A stretch of DNA of 62,871 nucleotides, filler included, from Octopus bimaculoides (Eukaryota), in assembly GCF_001194135.2 (NCBI RefSeq). It is 6 parts of 6 records of this genome, joined end to end, with 100 filler letters (N's around TTAATTAATTAA, not from the genome) between each part and the next. Parts side by side here need not be neighbours in the genome. Positions count along the whole stretch, not along the records: positions 39,473 to 51,900 come from NW_026370972.1; positions 52,001 to 59,572 come from NC_068988.1; positions 59,673 to 62,871 come from NW_026425560.1; 3 more parts are not named here. One strand, written 5' to 3'. Both the position numbers and the translations under genes were made by a program. The notes under the pieces were generated by a model. The model saw only the letters and a program-made list of their open reading frames with translations. It was not told the DNA's origin and searched no databases. Numbering within the stretch: the stretch's first letter is position 1; every line of letters begins with the position of its first letter. Below, one piece after another: positions 51,439 through 62,871 of the stretch.

Positions 51439-51710
51439 TCATTTCCCGGGTCAGCAGGAGTATGACTGTGGAAAGAACAGGGTGGCTTGCAGGAAAGCGT
51501 GTTTTTGCCGTATTTCCTGTGGAACAAGCAAAACCGAGGAAACTGCCGGTTGACGCTAGGGCTCCTCGAATGTCTTCTATGAAAGTGTCGGGGTTGGTTG
51601 TTCTTGTGCGGTGAGCGGCTGCGACATGTTAGCTCTTGCAATTGCGCTGAGAGTGTCTGAATCTGTGCTGCCTGTTGAGCCAGGAGTGCACATAGTTGCA
51701 GCAGTGCCAT
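51423..51710 (-). pseudogene. C-terminal half of gag with a CHCC motif
   Basis: CLFHRKYGKNTLSCKPPC = Cx2Hx9Cx3C. Confidence 0.85.
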
Positions 51711-51900
51711 GTTTGCAGACGAAGAGGTTAGAGGCGTGTCTTGCCCCGGAAAGTGTATATGTAATAAAAAGGAGTTGGTAGTTCAGCTTCAGAAGGCAGT
51801 GATTCTTTTTGTTCTTTTTTTTATGGGTCACCAATTGTAACGGTTTTGTATTTGTGTTGTGTAGTCGATGTGTCACCCATTGTATCGATAAGTATTATTT

Positions 51901-52000
51901 NNNNNNNNNNNNNNNNNNNNNNNNNNNNNNNNNNNNNNNNNNNNTTAATTAATTAANNNNNNNNNNNNNNNNNNNNNNNNNNNNNNNNNNNNNNNNNNNN
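51901..52000. other. Artificial scaffold spacer
   Basis: Same construct. Confidence 0.95.
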
Positions 52001-52849
52001 TATTGGACGCATGTCCAATAGGGTGTTGCACTCATGATCGCTGCTTCAGTTCTTGGACCTGGCGGTGCGTGGTGTTCTTGAGCATGTAGTCTAAGCATGT
52101 AGTCGTCGAAAGGTACACACGTACTGTAAACGTGCATCCTTTCTTGCTTCTTTTTTTCTTTCTGGCTTATTTTATATTGAACTTTGGTAGAGGGATCACC
52201 CAAAACGTTGATCTATTTCTTTTCCTTTCGTTTTTGTTCTTTGCAGCGTATAGCTTGCTGTGCACAACTTTTGTGTATGTGTACCTGTGTATATGCGTTT
52301 ATATGAACATACATGTGTGCGTGAGTGTGCGTGAGTGTGCGTGAGTGTGCATGTATGTGTGTGTGTGTGTGTGTATTTACATTTTGTCCTTCACCTTTGG
52401 AATTTTTGTCTACCTGTTGTAATCCCTCTCGTTGTCCAGCTGCCTGTCATACTCTCTTCGTTCCATTTGTGCTGTTATATGTGTGTATAAGTGTGTGTGT
52501 GTGTGTGTATGTAAGTGTGTGTGTGTATATAAGTGTGTGTGATGTGTGTGTATGCGTGCGTGTGATGTATGTGTGTGTGAGTGTATACGCGCGTGTGAAA
52601 TATATGTGTGTTTGTATGTGGATATATGTACACATACAGAAAAAGATAAAACACTGCTACAAAGCATCCCTTAACTTAATAAATTTCTTAATTTGAGAGG
52701 AAAAAACGATTTTGAAAATGTATTCGGATAATGAATTTGTTCAAAATATAAGTATCGAAGACCATGGAATGAGGAAATTTCACACTGAAACGATACTTTG
52801 AAGATCCAAATTAGTTATTGCATACTCAAATATTTCACATTAATTTCAA

Positions 52850-53056
52850 ATTTTGGCACAAGACTAACAATTTTGAGGGGAGGGGTAAGTCGATTACATC
52901 GACCCCAGTGCTCAACTGGAACTTATTTTATCAACTCCGAAAGGATGAAAGTCAAAGCTGACCTCAGCGGCATCTGAATTCAGAACGTAAGCTCGGACGA
53001 AGTGCCGCTAAGCGAATTGTCCGGCGTGCTAACGATTCTGCCTGCTTGCCGCCTTA
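52850..53056 (-). mobile_element. SINE family A copy
   Basis: Core landmarks present. Confidence 0.8.
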
Positions 53057-53470
53057 CTTGAATATTTCATATGAAATGAGCAGTAACAATGAAAATAAAA
53101 ATAAAAACATCAGTGAGGAAGTCTCTATATGCTCACTGAACCATATTCTTAATCGGTGTGTACGGTCTTGCCAGAATAATTCACATAGTGAAATTAGCAT
53201 ATTATTACTAAAATAGTTTACTAAATTATGTGTGAATATTAATAAAATGTATATCAAAAACAGGAAAACGAAAAATGAGAGAGAAATAGAGAAGGAGAAG
53301 TGAGAGAAAAAGACTGAGAGGGAGAGGGAGAAGGAGAGAGAGACAGACAGAGAGACAGAAGGATACTGATGCGAAGACTGGCTGACTGATTGAAACCTTT
53401 CTCACCTTTCCTTTTTCTATTCTCTTGCCTTCTTTCTCTCTTTTCTTATCTATTTTTTATTTTTTGCTCA

Positions 53471-53515
<45 letters not shown>

Positions 53516-54354
53516 ATAGTGATAATGATGATACCTCAAGAAATATATGAAGAGTGAATTTATGAGAGTTTCTGCTTTAGAAGACTAAAATAGCTCATCC
53601 ATGATGTAATTGCATAGAACTGTGAATACATACACATAAATACAAGCATACACATATAATACATACATACATACATACATACATACATACATACATGCAT
53701 ATACACGTACATACATAAAAGCAAGCTTGTTGACTGCACGAAAGAGATGCGTTGCTGTATCTGTTCCTGATCTGCACGTTTTGAGTTCAAACTCCATCTC
53801 TTTTGACCGAACAAAAATATATCATGACATTTCTGTCAGGCCTGGCTATTGACAGACAAAATCAGCAATAGGAAAAATTAATAGAAGCATTGTTTTGTTG
53901 ATGCGATACGGAGACTAGCTATGATGCGATGAAGTTCTTGGATGCTCAAATGTTTGAGTGTAATGGTGGTTATTAGATATTAGCAGAAGTTTGAATGGTG
54001 AGGTTTACTGTAGTAGTTTTAATAGAAATAGCATTGGAATTTATTTCAAGCAACATCCTACTCATTTCAGATTGCAATCGATAAATTAATTTAATATGAA
54101 TAAAAATGTTGGATGAGGGACGACAAAGGAACACAGGCAAAAACAGAATAAAACATAATGGATGCGGGTATATTCGAAACCTCGTAAGTTATCGACCAAA
54201 TATCATCACAGTTTCGACACCTTCCGTTAAATGTAATGAGTGTATTACTGTTTGCTATGGTCTTTGGACATAGCTTTAGTGTTGATATAGCAACAGCTGC
54301 TTCAGCCGAAGAAACTGTAACAACCAGCATTGCTATCATAATATTCTTTTATAT

Positions 54355-54575
54355 TTAAGGTGGCGATCTGGCAGGAACGTCAGCACGCCGGGAGAAATGT
54401 TTAGCGGTATTTCGTCTGTCTGTATGTTTTGAGTTCAAGTTTCACCGAGGTCGACTTTGCCTTTGATCTTTTTGCGGTCGATAAATTAAGTGCCAGTTGC
54501 GTATTGGAGTAGATCTAATCGATTGGCTCCCTCTCCCAAAATTTTGGGCCTTGTACCTAAAATAGAAAAGAATAT
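54355..54575 (+). mobile_element. SINE family A copy
   Basis: Core landmarks present. Confidence 0.8.
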
Positions 54576-55526
54576 TCTTTTATATCTGTCTCATTTTCTA
54601 CGTAGCGGTAGATGTCATCAGTATAGTCTTAGCATCTTCTCTCTCTCTCCCTCCCACTCTCTCTCTCTCTCCCACACTCTCACTTGAAAGCGACAGGGGC
54701 TACCGGTAACTGATTGGGTTTTGCTGCCATGCAGAGTAAATGGATCTCAGTCGATTTCTACGACGAATGTCGCTTTTAGTGACACAAAGTACTGTTGCTT
54801 CTCGGTACTCCGACACTCATCAAGGTGAGGTATGTCAGCCAAGACAACGTACCGGAATGTGACCGGGAACTCTACCGTCCTTGAAACGAATCAGATGCAA
54901 CAGCAGAGGGCAGAGCATCAGCTCTAGCAGGAGAGAACAAGGTTCCGGAGAGGACAGAGCGGCTAAAGTAATAAGTAAATATTCATTTATATTCTTGTTG
55001 TGTAGACCTAGTTTATCACCTCGTAGGGACCTGGTCTAACGTCTCGATGCGGTTCATAGATCCAGGACTCTGTATATTTCATAATTTGTCTTCTTCACTG
55101 TCGTTACCTTCAAGAGCGTCTGCAACGATAACTAGCAGAGGTAGCAGCATTAGCAATAGCAGTAATAACAACAACATCAACACGAACTGATAAGAAAGCC
55201 TATACATGGTCGCTCTAGCTTCTAGAAAAAACAGTCAAATCTTTATGAGTTTGAAGAAAATGGCGTGGGAGTAAACACTGGATAAAACAAAGATGACATA
55301 GGCATGGCTGGATTTATAGATCTACTCGACCAGTTCTGACTTAGAGTCAAACAATTTATAAACGATATCATTCAAAGTACCACAACAAAATTAACAACAA
55401 TCAAAAACTTCGACCGATTAGCAAATTCCATGTCGCAAGCCAACTAAAACAGAGTCAACTATAGCCAAACAAAACCATCAACAAAACAACAGCAGCAGCA
55501 GTAGCAACAGAAGAAGCAGCTGCAAC

Positions 55527-55580
<54 letters not shown>

Positions 55581-55852
55581 TGTTGTTGTTGTTGCTGTTG
55601 TTGTTGTGGAGGTGGTGGTGGTGGTGATAGTAGTAGTAGTAGTCATACGGAGGTGAGGTGATATTGATGTGATAATTACTTTTGTCTTCAATAGTAATAG
55701 ATTAGTACATCATTAGCTCTAATGAACATTAGATTCTCATTAAACATTAATGAAGTCTGGTTTCATTATCTATAGTGAACTTTGTAGTTAGAGAGGGTTC
55801 CTCCGATGATGAGGAGTAGTGGAAAAGAGGGAGGGAAAGTGAATCGAAAGAA

Positions 55853-55894
<42 letters not shown>

Positions 55895-56277
55895 ACACAC
55901 CTCACACACAGTTGTAGAATAATTTACCTAGACATGAAGGCTGTGGCCTATAAGAAGCTGAGCTCGAATTTCGTACCTACTCATGGTGCCAATTTTTAAC
56001 TAATTAGGGTGAGCCAGTAAATACGCAATATCTTGGTCACTGACATGATATCATAAGTCCGTCCATTGGCCACCAAGTCAAATGCACCCTCTTTTCAACT
56101 AGCTGTAACTTTACAAATATAAATATGTGCACACACACACGTACGTACACGCACACGTTCAAATATTATAGCTTGCAAAGTCAAAAAAAAAAAAAGAAGC
56201 AGAGTACTAAGTACATGCTGTAGGTAAAGTATGTTGTTTGTTTATACAGAATTCTCTTTTGTGTCGAGTTTTACTTA

Positions 56278-56682
56278 CCGTAGATACTCGATTATAAAAC
56301 GCCCACACCTATAAGACGCGCCCCCGACTTACAAGGTTCAAATCGGGAATTTTATCATTGACTCGACTATAAGTCGATGCTGGAGACAAACTTCGATTAG
56401 GAATCGCGCCGACATAGTTGTTGTTCGGTAACCGAGATTTCAGTAAGCTGAAGATGACTTAGAACAGCTGTTATTCCATTAAGTCCATGAGTTTTAGAAA
56501 CCGTTGTTTATAATGTAAAATTTTATCCTTTTCGGTTATCGCAAGTGTCGGAACTTCAGACGTGGCTTGTACCTAGGAAATATCAAAAGAATTTTTTTAT
56601 AGGATGCGCTTATAAGTCGCACCTCCAACTTTAGGGGAAAATTTCAGAGAAAAAAATGCGACTTATAGCCGAGTTTATACGG
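56278..56682. mobile_element. Tc1/mariner (pogo/Tigger-like) MITE
   Basis: Imperfect terminal inverted repeats CCGTAGATACTCGATTATAAA and CCGTATAAACTCGGCTATAAG (16/21). TA on the left flank, TG on the right. Confidence 0.65.
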
Positions 56683-56812
56683 TGTTCATTTAATCTCGAT
56701 TGTTTGAACGCCGTACCGTGAAACTTGAGTCGCGTTATAGACAGAACACCCGTGTAAGTTTAAGTAAACATACGCACAAACAGTACACAGTAACACATGC
56801 ACACATATACAA

Positions 56813-57174
56813 ACGACGCTGAGGGTACCTGTTGATCCCATCAACGGAACAGCCTGCTCGTGAAATTAACGTGCAAGTTGGTTGAACTCTCCAATGACAC
56901 AGGTACCCTTAACGTAGTTCTCGGGGATATTCAGCGTGACACAGTGTGACAAGGCTGGCCCTTTGAATTACAGGCACAACAGAAACAGAAAGATAGAATG
57001 AGAGAAAGTTGTGGTGGAAGGGTACAGCAGGGTTCGCCACCCTCCCTTGCCGGAGCCTCGTGGAGCTTTAGGTGCTTACGCTCAATAAACACTCACAACG
57101 CCCGGTCTGGGAATCGAAACCGCGATCCTATGACCACGAGTCCGCTGCCCTAACCACTGGGCCATTGCGCCTCC
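56813..57174 (-). mobile_element. tRNA-derived SINE, near full length
   Basis: - strand head GGAGGCGCAATGGCCCAGTGGTTAGGGCAGCGGACT...GGTTTCGATTCCCAGACC with A and B boxes, followed by a non-tRNA body. Confidence 0.8.
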
Positions 57175-58242
57175 TGTACCTATAATAGAAAGGATTATTA
57201 GAAAGAAATATTAGCATTGTTATTTGTATGAATCCTCATTCTCTTAGTCTGTGTGCTAGCTATATTCTTGCTCATCTTTTCAATTCATTCGGTTTCCAAT
57301 TTGTAAAGTAGCTTATAACTGGGACGGTCCGTGTGTTTGTACCTTGTCTTTTATTTCTAGCTTTCTGTCCAGATTTTAATTACACTGCCCTGTCTCATTT
57401 TTAGTACCTTTCTTTAAAATTTTCTTCGAACCTATCAGTTTTTTCTGTCCTCAACTATTTTGGTTGTCTGTATCAAATTTAATATTCAGTTTAATTATAT
57501 GTAAAACGGGCAGTATTTTTTTTTTTGTCATCCGTTCTTGTAATGTCTCCTCATATGTTGCTCTTGTGGCAAATAAACAGGATTACATCATCATCACCAC
57601 CACCATTATTACCATTATCACCGTTACCACCTCCACTTTTTCCACTATCATCACCATCATCATGTGTTTCTCCCGCAATATAATATAATATTATAGCGCG
57701 ACTAAATATATAATTGGAAAACGCCAACACTTCATTTAGTTTGGATCTGGTGTGAAATTTCCAGTTAGTTATATATTGCCTTAGAATACAGGTGAGAATT
57801 CTCATTTATTCCTTTTGTTTTCTGTTTGTGTTTAGCTATTTTAACACGAAACACCTGGTGATTAACTCTAAGTGATAATATTACAATCACACACTATTGT
57901 TTTACTTTAGTGCCTTTCCTCTGTGTATGTGTGTGTATGTGCGTGTATGTGTGTGTGTGTGATGTTTTTAAGCCATTGTCCTGTTTTTGACAATTCATCT
58001 CAAGAGCTTTCACGTGATTCAAACTGGTAGAAATAGCAGTCAAGCTTTCCTCTGATCATATCCGATTGTCATAAAAAACGGTAAGGAATTACTAGATAAT
58101 GCAGTTATAGATATATTACACGCGAATACAAACGTGATAGCCGCGTTTACAGCCCCTTTGATCTGATATAGAGCTAAGCAATGTAACAAAACGCAATATA
58201 CCACACTACATATTAATACATTAGAGTACATTACTCTACACT

Positions 58243-58535
58243 ATGGGACACCAAACTACGGCCCGCGAGGTCAGTTCATTCGGCCCGCCACCACACTGTA
58301 CCTTTTGTGTGAGTACCTGCAATAAGAGCTCATTTGCCTCTGGGATGGCGTCAGTGTTTGGAACAACTTATGTATGTGAGTAAATGTTTTCAAAAATGAA
58401 GTATGTGAAGTCAGCACATCGAACGAAGTTGACTGATGAACATTTGAAAGCAGCTTTCTTGGTTGGATGCAGCAATTCCAAAGCAGATATTGATGATAAT
58501 TTAAAAGTTAAACACCAGTTCCACAAATCTCATCT
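58243..58535 (+). mobile_element. Internally deleted hAT (Charlie/Buster-type) transposon fragment
   Basis: Left end ccaaactacggcccgcg, then MASVFGTTYVCE*MFSKMKYVKSAHRTKLTDEHL...QFHKSH (hAT dimerisation-domain pattern). Confidence 0.75.
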
Positions 58536-58769
58536 ACCTTTTTTGCTGCTTAGTTTGTGAGATTCGGATATGTCGGCTTCTCGGTTTTTGAGGCGAATAT
58601 ATTCCTCCCTAGATGGAACGCCGGCCTATCACAGGATTATTCAGTTTTGCCAGCTGAGTGGACTAGGTAAAAAAAGAAACAAAAAAAAAGGTGAAGTTAT
58701 CTTCTCGAATCATGCCGACTCATGAGGGTCGGTTTCGAGATTTCATGGCGGATATATTCAGCAACTGGA

Positions 58770-59078
58770 CGGCATGTCGGTCATTCGCAGGACTACTCAT
58801 TTTTGCCAGATGAGTGGACTGGAGCAACGTGAGATAAAGTGTTTTGCACAAGAACACAACGCGTCGTCCGGTGCAAGAATCGAAACCACAATCTTACGAT
58901 CATTATCCCAATATCCTAACCACTAAGCTACACGCACCTCCACAAGCTGAGTGCACTGGAGCAACGTGGAATAAACTGTTTTGCTCAAATAAACAACGCA
59001 TCGCCTTGTCCAAGAACCGAAATCACAATCTCACGATCATGAGCTCAAAACCTTAACCATTAAGCCACGCGCCTCCAC
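58770..59078 (-). mobile_element. Two tandem tRNA-derived SINE heads
   Basis: ctggagcaacgtg...gaatcgaaaccacaatcttacgatc...cacgcacctccac repeated twice. Confidence 0.7.
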
Positions 59079-59521
59079 TTGACATTACGACAGTACATTA
59101 AATAACACTGCACTGCAGTACAGTAGACAACACAATATCACAGTACATTAGACAACATTAAACAACGAGACGCCATTCTGTACCACGGTACACTCTGAAG
59201 TACTATACCATTGTACATTAGACAGTACCTCACTGTAGTACAGTAGGTAACAGTACATCACAATACACAATACAACAGCCTGTACCTCATTCTACACCAT
59301 AGTACCTTAGACAACACTTCATCACAATACACATCGGACAATGCGACATCACCATACACTCTTCCACACCACAACACACTAGGCAATATATCACCACAGC
59401 AAATCACTACATACGACCATACATTAGATAATACCACACTATAGTTCACGAGATTACACTGCACCATAGTAAATCACAATACAGTAAATAATGCTACTTC
59501 GTACACACCATTACAATCTAG

Positions 59522-59572
<51 letters not shown>

Positions 59573-59672
59573 NNNNNNNNNNNNNNNNNNNNNNNNNNNN
59601 NNNNNNNNNNNNNNNNTTAATTAATTAANNNNNNNNNNNNNNNNNNNNNNNNNNNNNNNNNNNNNNNNNNNN
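59573..59672. other. Artificial scaffold spacer
   Basis: Same construct. Confidence 0.95.
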
Positions 59673-60253
59673 TGTGTGAATGAGCGTGTATGTGAGGTTC
59701 ACATTGTATTGTGTGTGTGTGTGTGCATGTATGTGTGTATGTGTGTGCTTCTATATCTCGTTATATGCGTTTGTGTTCATATAAGTATACATCTAACCGC
59801 ACACCCGTATGAACGCGGCGTGGGGTGTCTATTTTTGACTGCACGATAGTGACACGCCCTTATGCATAGGCATATGTGCGAGAAGCATGCATACGCACAC
59901 ACACATACGACCGTATGGAATTGCACACACACACACACACACACGTTGTGCTCATAGGTATTCCCAGCTACGCACAGAACTAAAATCACAACGGTACATA
60001 TTGTGCGCATAATCACGCACTACCTTTCCTATACACACACACACACACGCACACACACACACACACACACACACGCGCACAACACGCGGCAGATGCACAT
60101 AGCTATACATTGATATACACAACCACACGCGCACACACACGTATACACACACACACACACATGCGCATGCACGCACGTTATTCACAAAGCTATACATTAT
60201 TACACATAAGCATACACAAACATCAAATCTAGACACATAACCACACACAACCA

Positions 60254-60297
<44 letters not shown>

Positions 60298-60910
60298 NNN
60301 NNNNNNNNNNNNNNNNNNNNNNNNNNNNNNNNNNNNNNNNNNNNNNNNNNNNNNNNNNNNNNNNNNNNNNNNNNNNNNNNNNNNNNNNNNNNNNNNNNNN
60401 NNNNNNNNNNNNNNNNNNNNNNNNNNNNNNNNNNNNNNNNNNNNNNNNNNNNNNNNNNNNNNNNNNNNNNNNNNNNNNNNNNNNNNNNNNNNNNNNNNNN
60501 NNNNNNNNNNNNNNNNNNNNNNNNNNNNNNNNNNNNNNNNNNNNNNNNNNNNNNNNNNNNNNNNNNNNNNNNNNNNNNNNNNNNNNNNNNNNNNNNNNNN
60601 NNNNNNNNNNNNNNNNNNNNNNNNNNNNNNNNNNNNNNNNNNNNNNNNNNNNNNNNNNNNNNNNNNNNNNNNNNNNNNNNNNNNNNNNNNNNNNNNNNNN
60701 NNNNNNNNNNNNNNNNNNNNNNNNNNNNNNNNNNNNNNNNNNNNNNNNNNNNNNNNNNNNNNNNNNNNNNATACACATACATATACATACAGCTACTAAT
60801 GAATTAACACACACACACACACACACACGTTATGGCCATGACTATACTCTGTCACACACAGTCTAACACACAGTTATGCACACAGCTAGGCAAACAGCTA
60901 TGCACATATC

Positions 60911-60943
<33 letters not shown>

Positions 60944-61501
60944 ATAAATACCCTCACGCACGCACATACATAAACACATACATACTCACAGACACATGCA
61001 TACACACATATACGTATAGCTCATCCTCAAACAGGTGGGTGCCATAATATGAATACAGCGCTATCTCCTAATTTGTGTGTCTTTATTTATAGAGATCTCA
61101 ATTAACACATTTTGTTATGTGGCGGTGGTGGTGGTGTGGGAGGGGTTAGCTGTGTATATATGTGTGAGAAAGGGGGAGGGAGAAAGGGAGACAAATATGA
61201 AGAGAGAAAGATAGATAAGAGGGAGTGAGAAAGCAGTAGATAGAGAGGGGAGAAAGTAAGTAGTTGAGGTAGACTATAAGAAGAGAGAGGGAGAGCACAA
61301 GCGTACGGGAGGGAGAGGGAAGGAGAGAGAGACGGAGAGAAAGAGAGAGGAATAAGGTGTGAGTAGGGGAGGAGGAGAAGAGGGAGAGGTTGACAGAGAG
61401 TAGAGAAGGAGAAAGAAAGCTGAGAAAGTAAAGATTGAAGAACAGCCATACACATATTCATAAACTCACATACACACATACAGACATGCATATACATACA
61501 T

Positions 61502-61541
<40 letters not shown>

Positions 61542-61809
61542 TATGCATATTTATATACATACATCAATACATATATACATATATATGCATAAATATATTC
61601 ATAAATATGTATATATACTCATATATATATATATATATATACATACACAAACAATATCTANNNNNNNNNNNNNNNNNNNNNNNNNNNNNNNNNNNNNNNN
61701 NNNNNNNNNNNNNNNNNNNNNNNNNNNNNNNNNNNNNNNNNNNNNNNNNNNNNNNNNNNNNNNNNNNNNNNNNNNNNNNNNNNNNNNNNNNNATATATAT
61801 ATATATATA

Positions 61810-61837
61810 CTAGCTGACGTACCCGGTAATTCCTGGG
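61810..61837 (-). mobile_element. Helitron 3' terminus; the body probably extends rightwards
   Basis: - strand reads CCCAGGAATTACCGGG hairpin, 8 nt, CTAG, T. Internal subrepeats at about 62078/62218 and 62437/62507. Confidence 0.6.
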
Positions 61838-62456
61838 AAAACAGGGCTTATCCCTTGGTTCCGTTCTCATAATTGTTTCGCTAATCCAGTAACAATAATA
61901 CAAAGTATGTAGCCCTTAAAACGGTTTCTGTGCATTTGCAGAGAATACCGAACTGTCTTACACAGGATCTTGTTTTTAGGAATTCTGAATAAGTTATGAA
62001 TGCCCAAATTGTGAAGTCAGTTATGTAATAACATGAAATTAGTTACCCGATAGTAAGAATTCAAATAAAGTAGCCACGAAAAGGGCTTGAATGCTTTCCC
62101 AGAGTATATAGAACTTAGGAGGAAATACTAATAAGGTATGTATACTAAAATCGGGGAGCATGTTGCGTAATAACAGGTTAATCAGATATGAGATAATAAT
62201 TCAAAGTAAATAACTCTGAAAAGGGCTTTTGTGCGTTCCCAGAGAATATTACCCTCAGGGGCGCTAGTGTTGGTATATTCGTGAATAAGTCACTAACCAA
62301 AATAAGTGGATCTATTGTTTAGGAAAATACTATTTGCTTGTTTAAGGGTGGTATTGGATAGATTGCGAAAATAACAGTTCCAATACTAAGAAATAAGCAT
62401 ACTCAATTTCATTTTTACCAAATAATATTGGAAAATGAATGGGTTATTTCTCTTGG

Positions 62457-62490
<34 letters not shown>

Positions 62491-62828
62491 ATCCCTTCCA
62501 GGGGCGAATGGGTTATTTCCGTTGGTTTTTAAAATAAAATATATTAGATATATATATAAGAATCCCTATTATCGATTTTTTTCAACGATTTTATAACGAA
62601 ATAGGATTGTGTATCATATATGATGCATGAATGCCAAGGAAATATGTCCTATGTTTCATATGTGATACACAGGACAGACAGAGGGTTAAGTAAGCGCCAG
62701 GTGAGAGAATAAGTCGATATAATTGTACACATCTAATCACGACCCATTACAAATCTGTACCACCTGAATCAATATTAAGAATCCTTGCTGGATGCTAAAC
62801 AACTTGAAGAAACGAAAAAAGTTTATAT

Positions 62829-62865
<37 letters not shown>

Positions 62866-62871
62866 GGGGGT

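Larger units (their letters stand above)
46925..51900 (-). mobile_element. Ty3/Gypsy LTR retrotransposon, CsRn1-like, defective
   Basis: Order gag-PR-RT-RH-IN. 46925-47001 is identical to 51824-51900 (LTR end plus PBS). CHCC gag motif. PBS TGGTGACCC is tRNA-Trp-like. Confidence 0.93.

Noticed and set aside
54697-54975. GC-richer block with splice-like sites, considered as a TNFR TM or tail exon
   Set aside because: Stops occur in every long frame on both strands, there is no TM segment, and it is on a different scaffold.
57100-57174. tRNA gene
   Set aside because: The tRNA-like head continues into a SINE body and lacks a pairing acceptor stem.

Overview
AT-rich, microsatellite- and transposon-dense eukaryotic DNA with many N gaps. 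The SINE families and repeat landscape suggest an octopod cephalopod (inferred, not proven). The window is not one continuous locus: five identical 100-bp spacers (44 N + TTAATTAATTAA + 44 N) join six separate scaffolds (1-14615, 14716-30415, 30516-39372, 39473-51900, 52001-59572, 59673-62871). Scaffold 1 holds seven phase-consistent + strand exons of a divergent chitin synthase. These carry RWSQ, TDSD, CCPGCFSLYR, GEDRW and WGTRD motifs, plus an insert of about 180 aa inside the catalytic domain. The gene starts upstream of the window and is cut at the first spacer. Scaffold 4 holds three + strand exons of a TNF-receptor-like Cys-rich ectodomain that the ORF track largely misses, followed by a CsRn1-type Ty3/Gypsy element on the - strand disabled by CGA>TGA-type stops. 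The rest is mostly R4/Dong-like, RTE, Jockey/CR1-like and Penelope-like retroelement fragments, SINEs, MITEs, two Helitron 3' ends and simple repeats. There are also a degenerate minimal hammerhead-like motif, an LTR stub with a tRNA-Ser primer site, and two weak orphan exon candidates. No rRNA, true tRNA or CRISPR is seen. I found no convincing wholly new system. The best leads are the expanded chitin synthase, the split GIY-YIG domain, the TNFR-like gene and the hammerhead-like motif.
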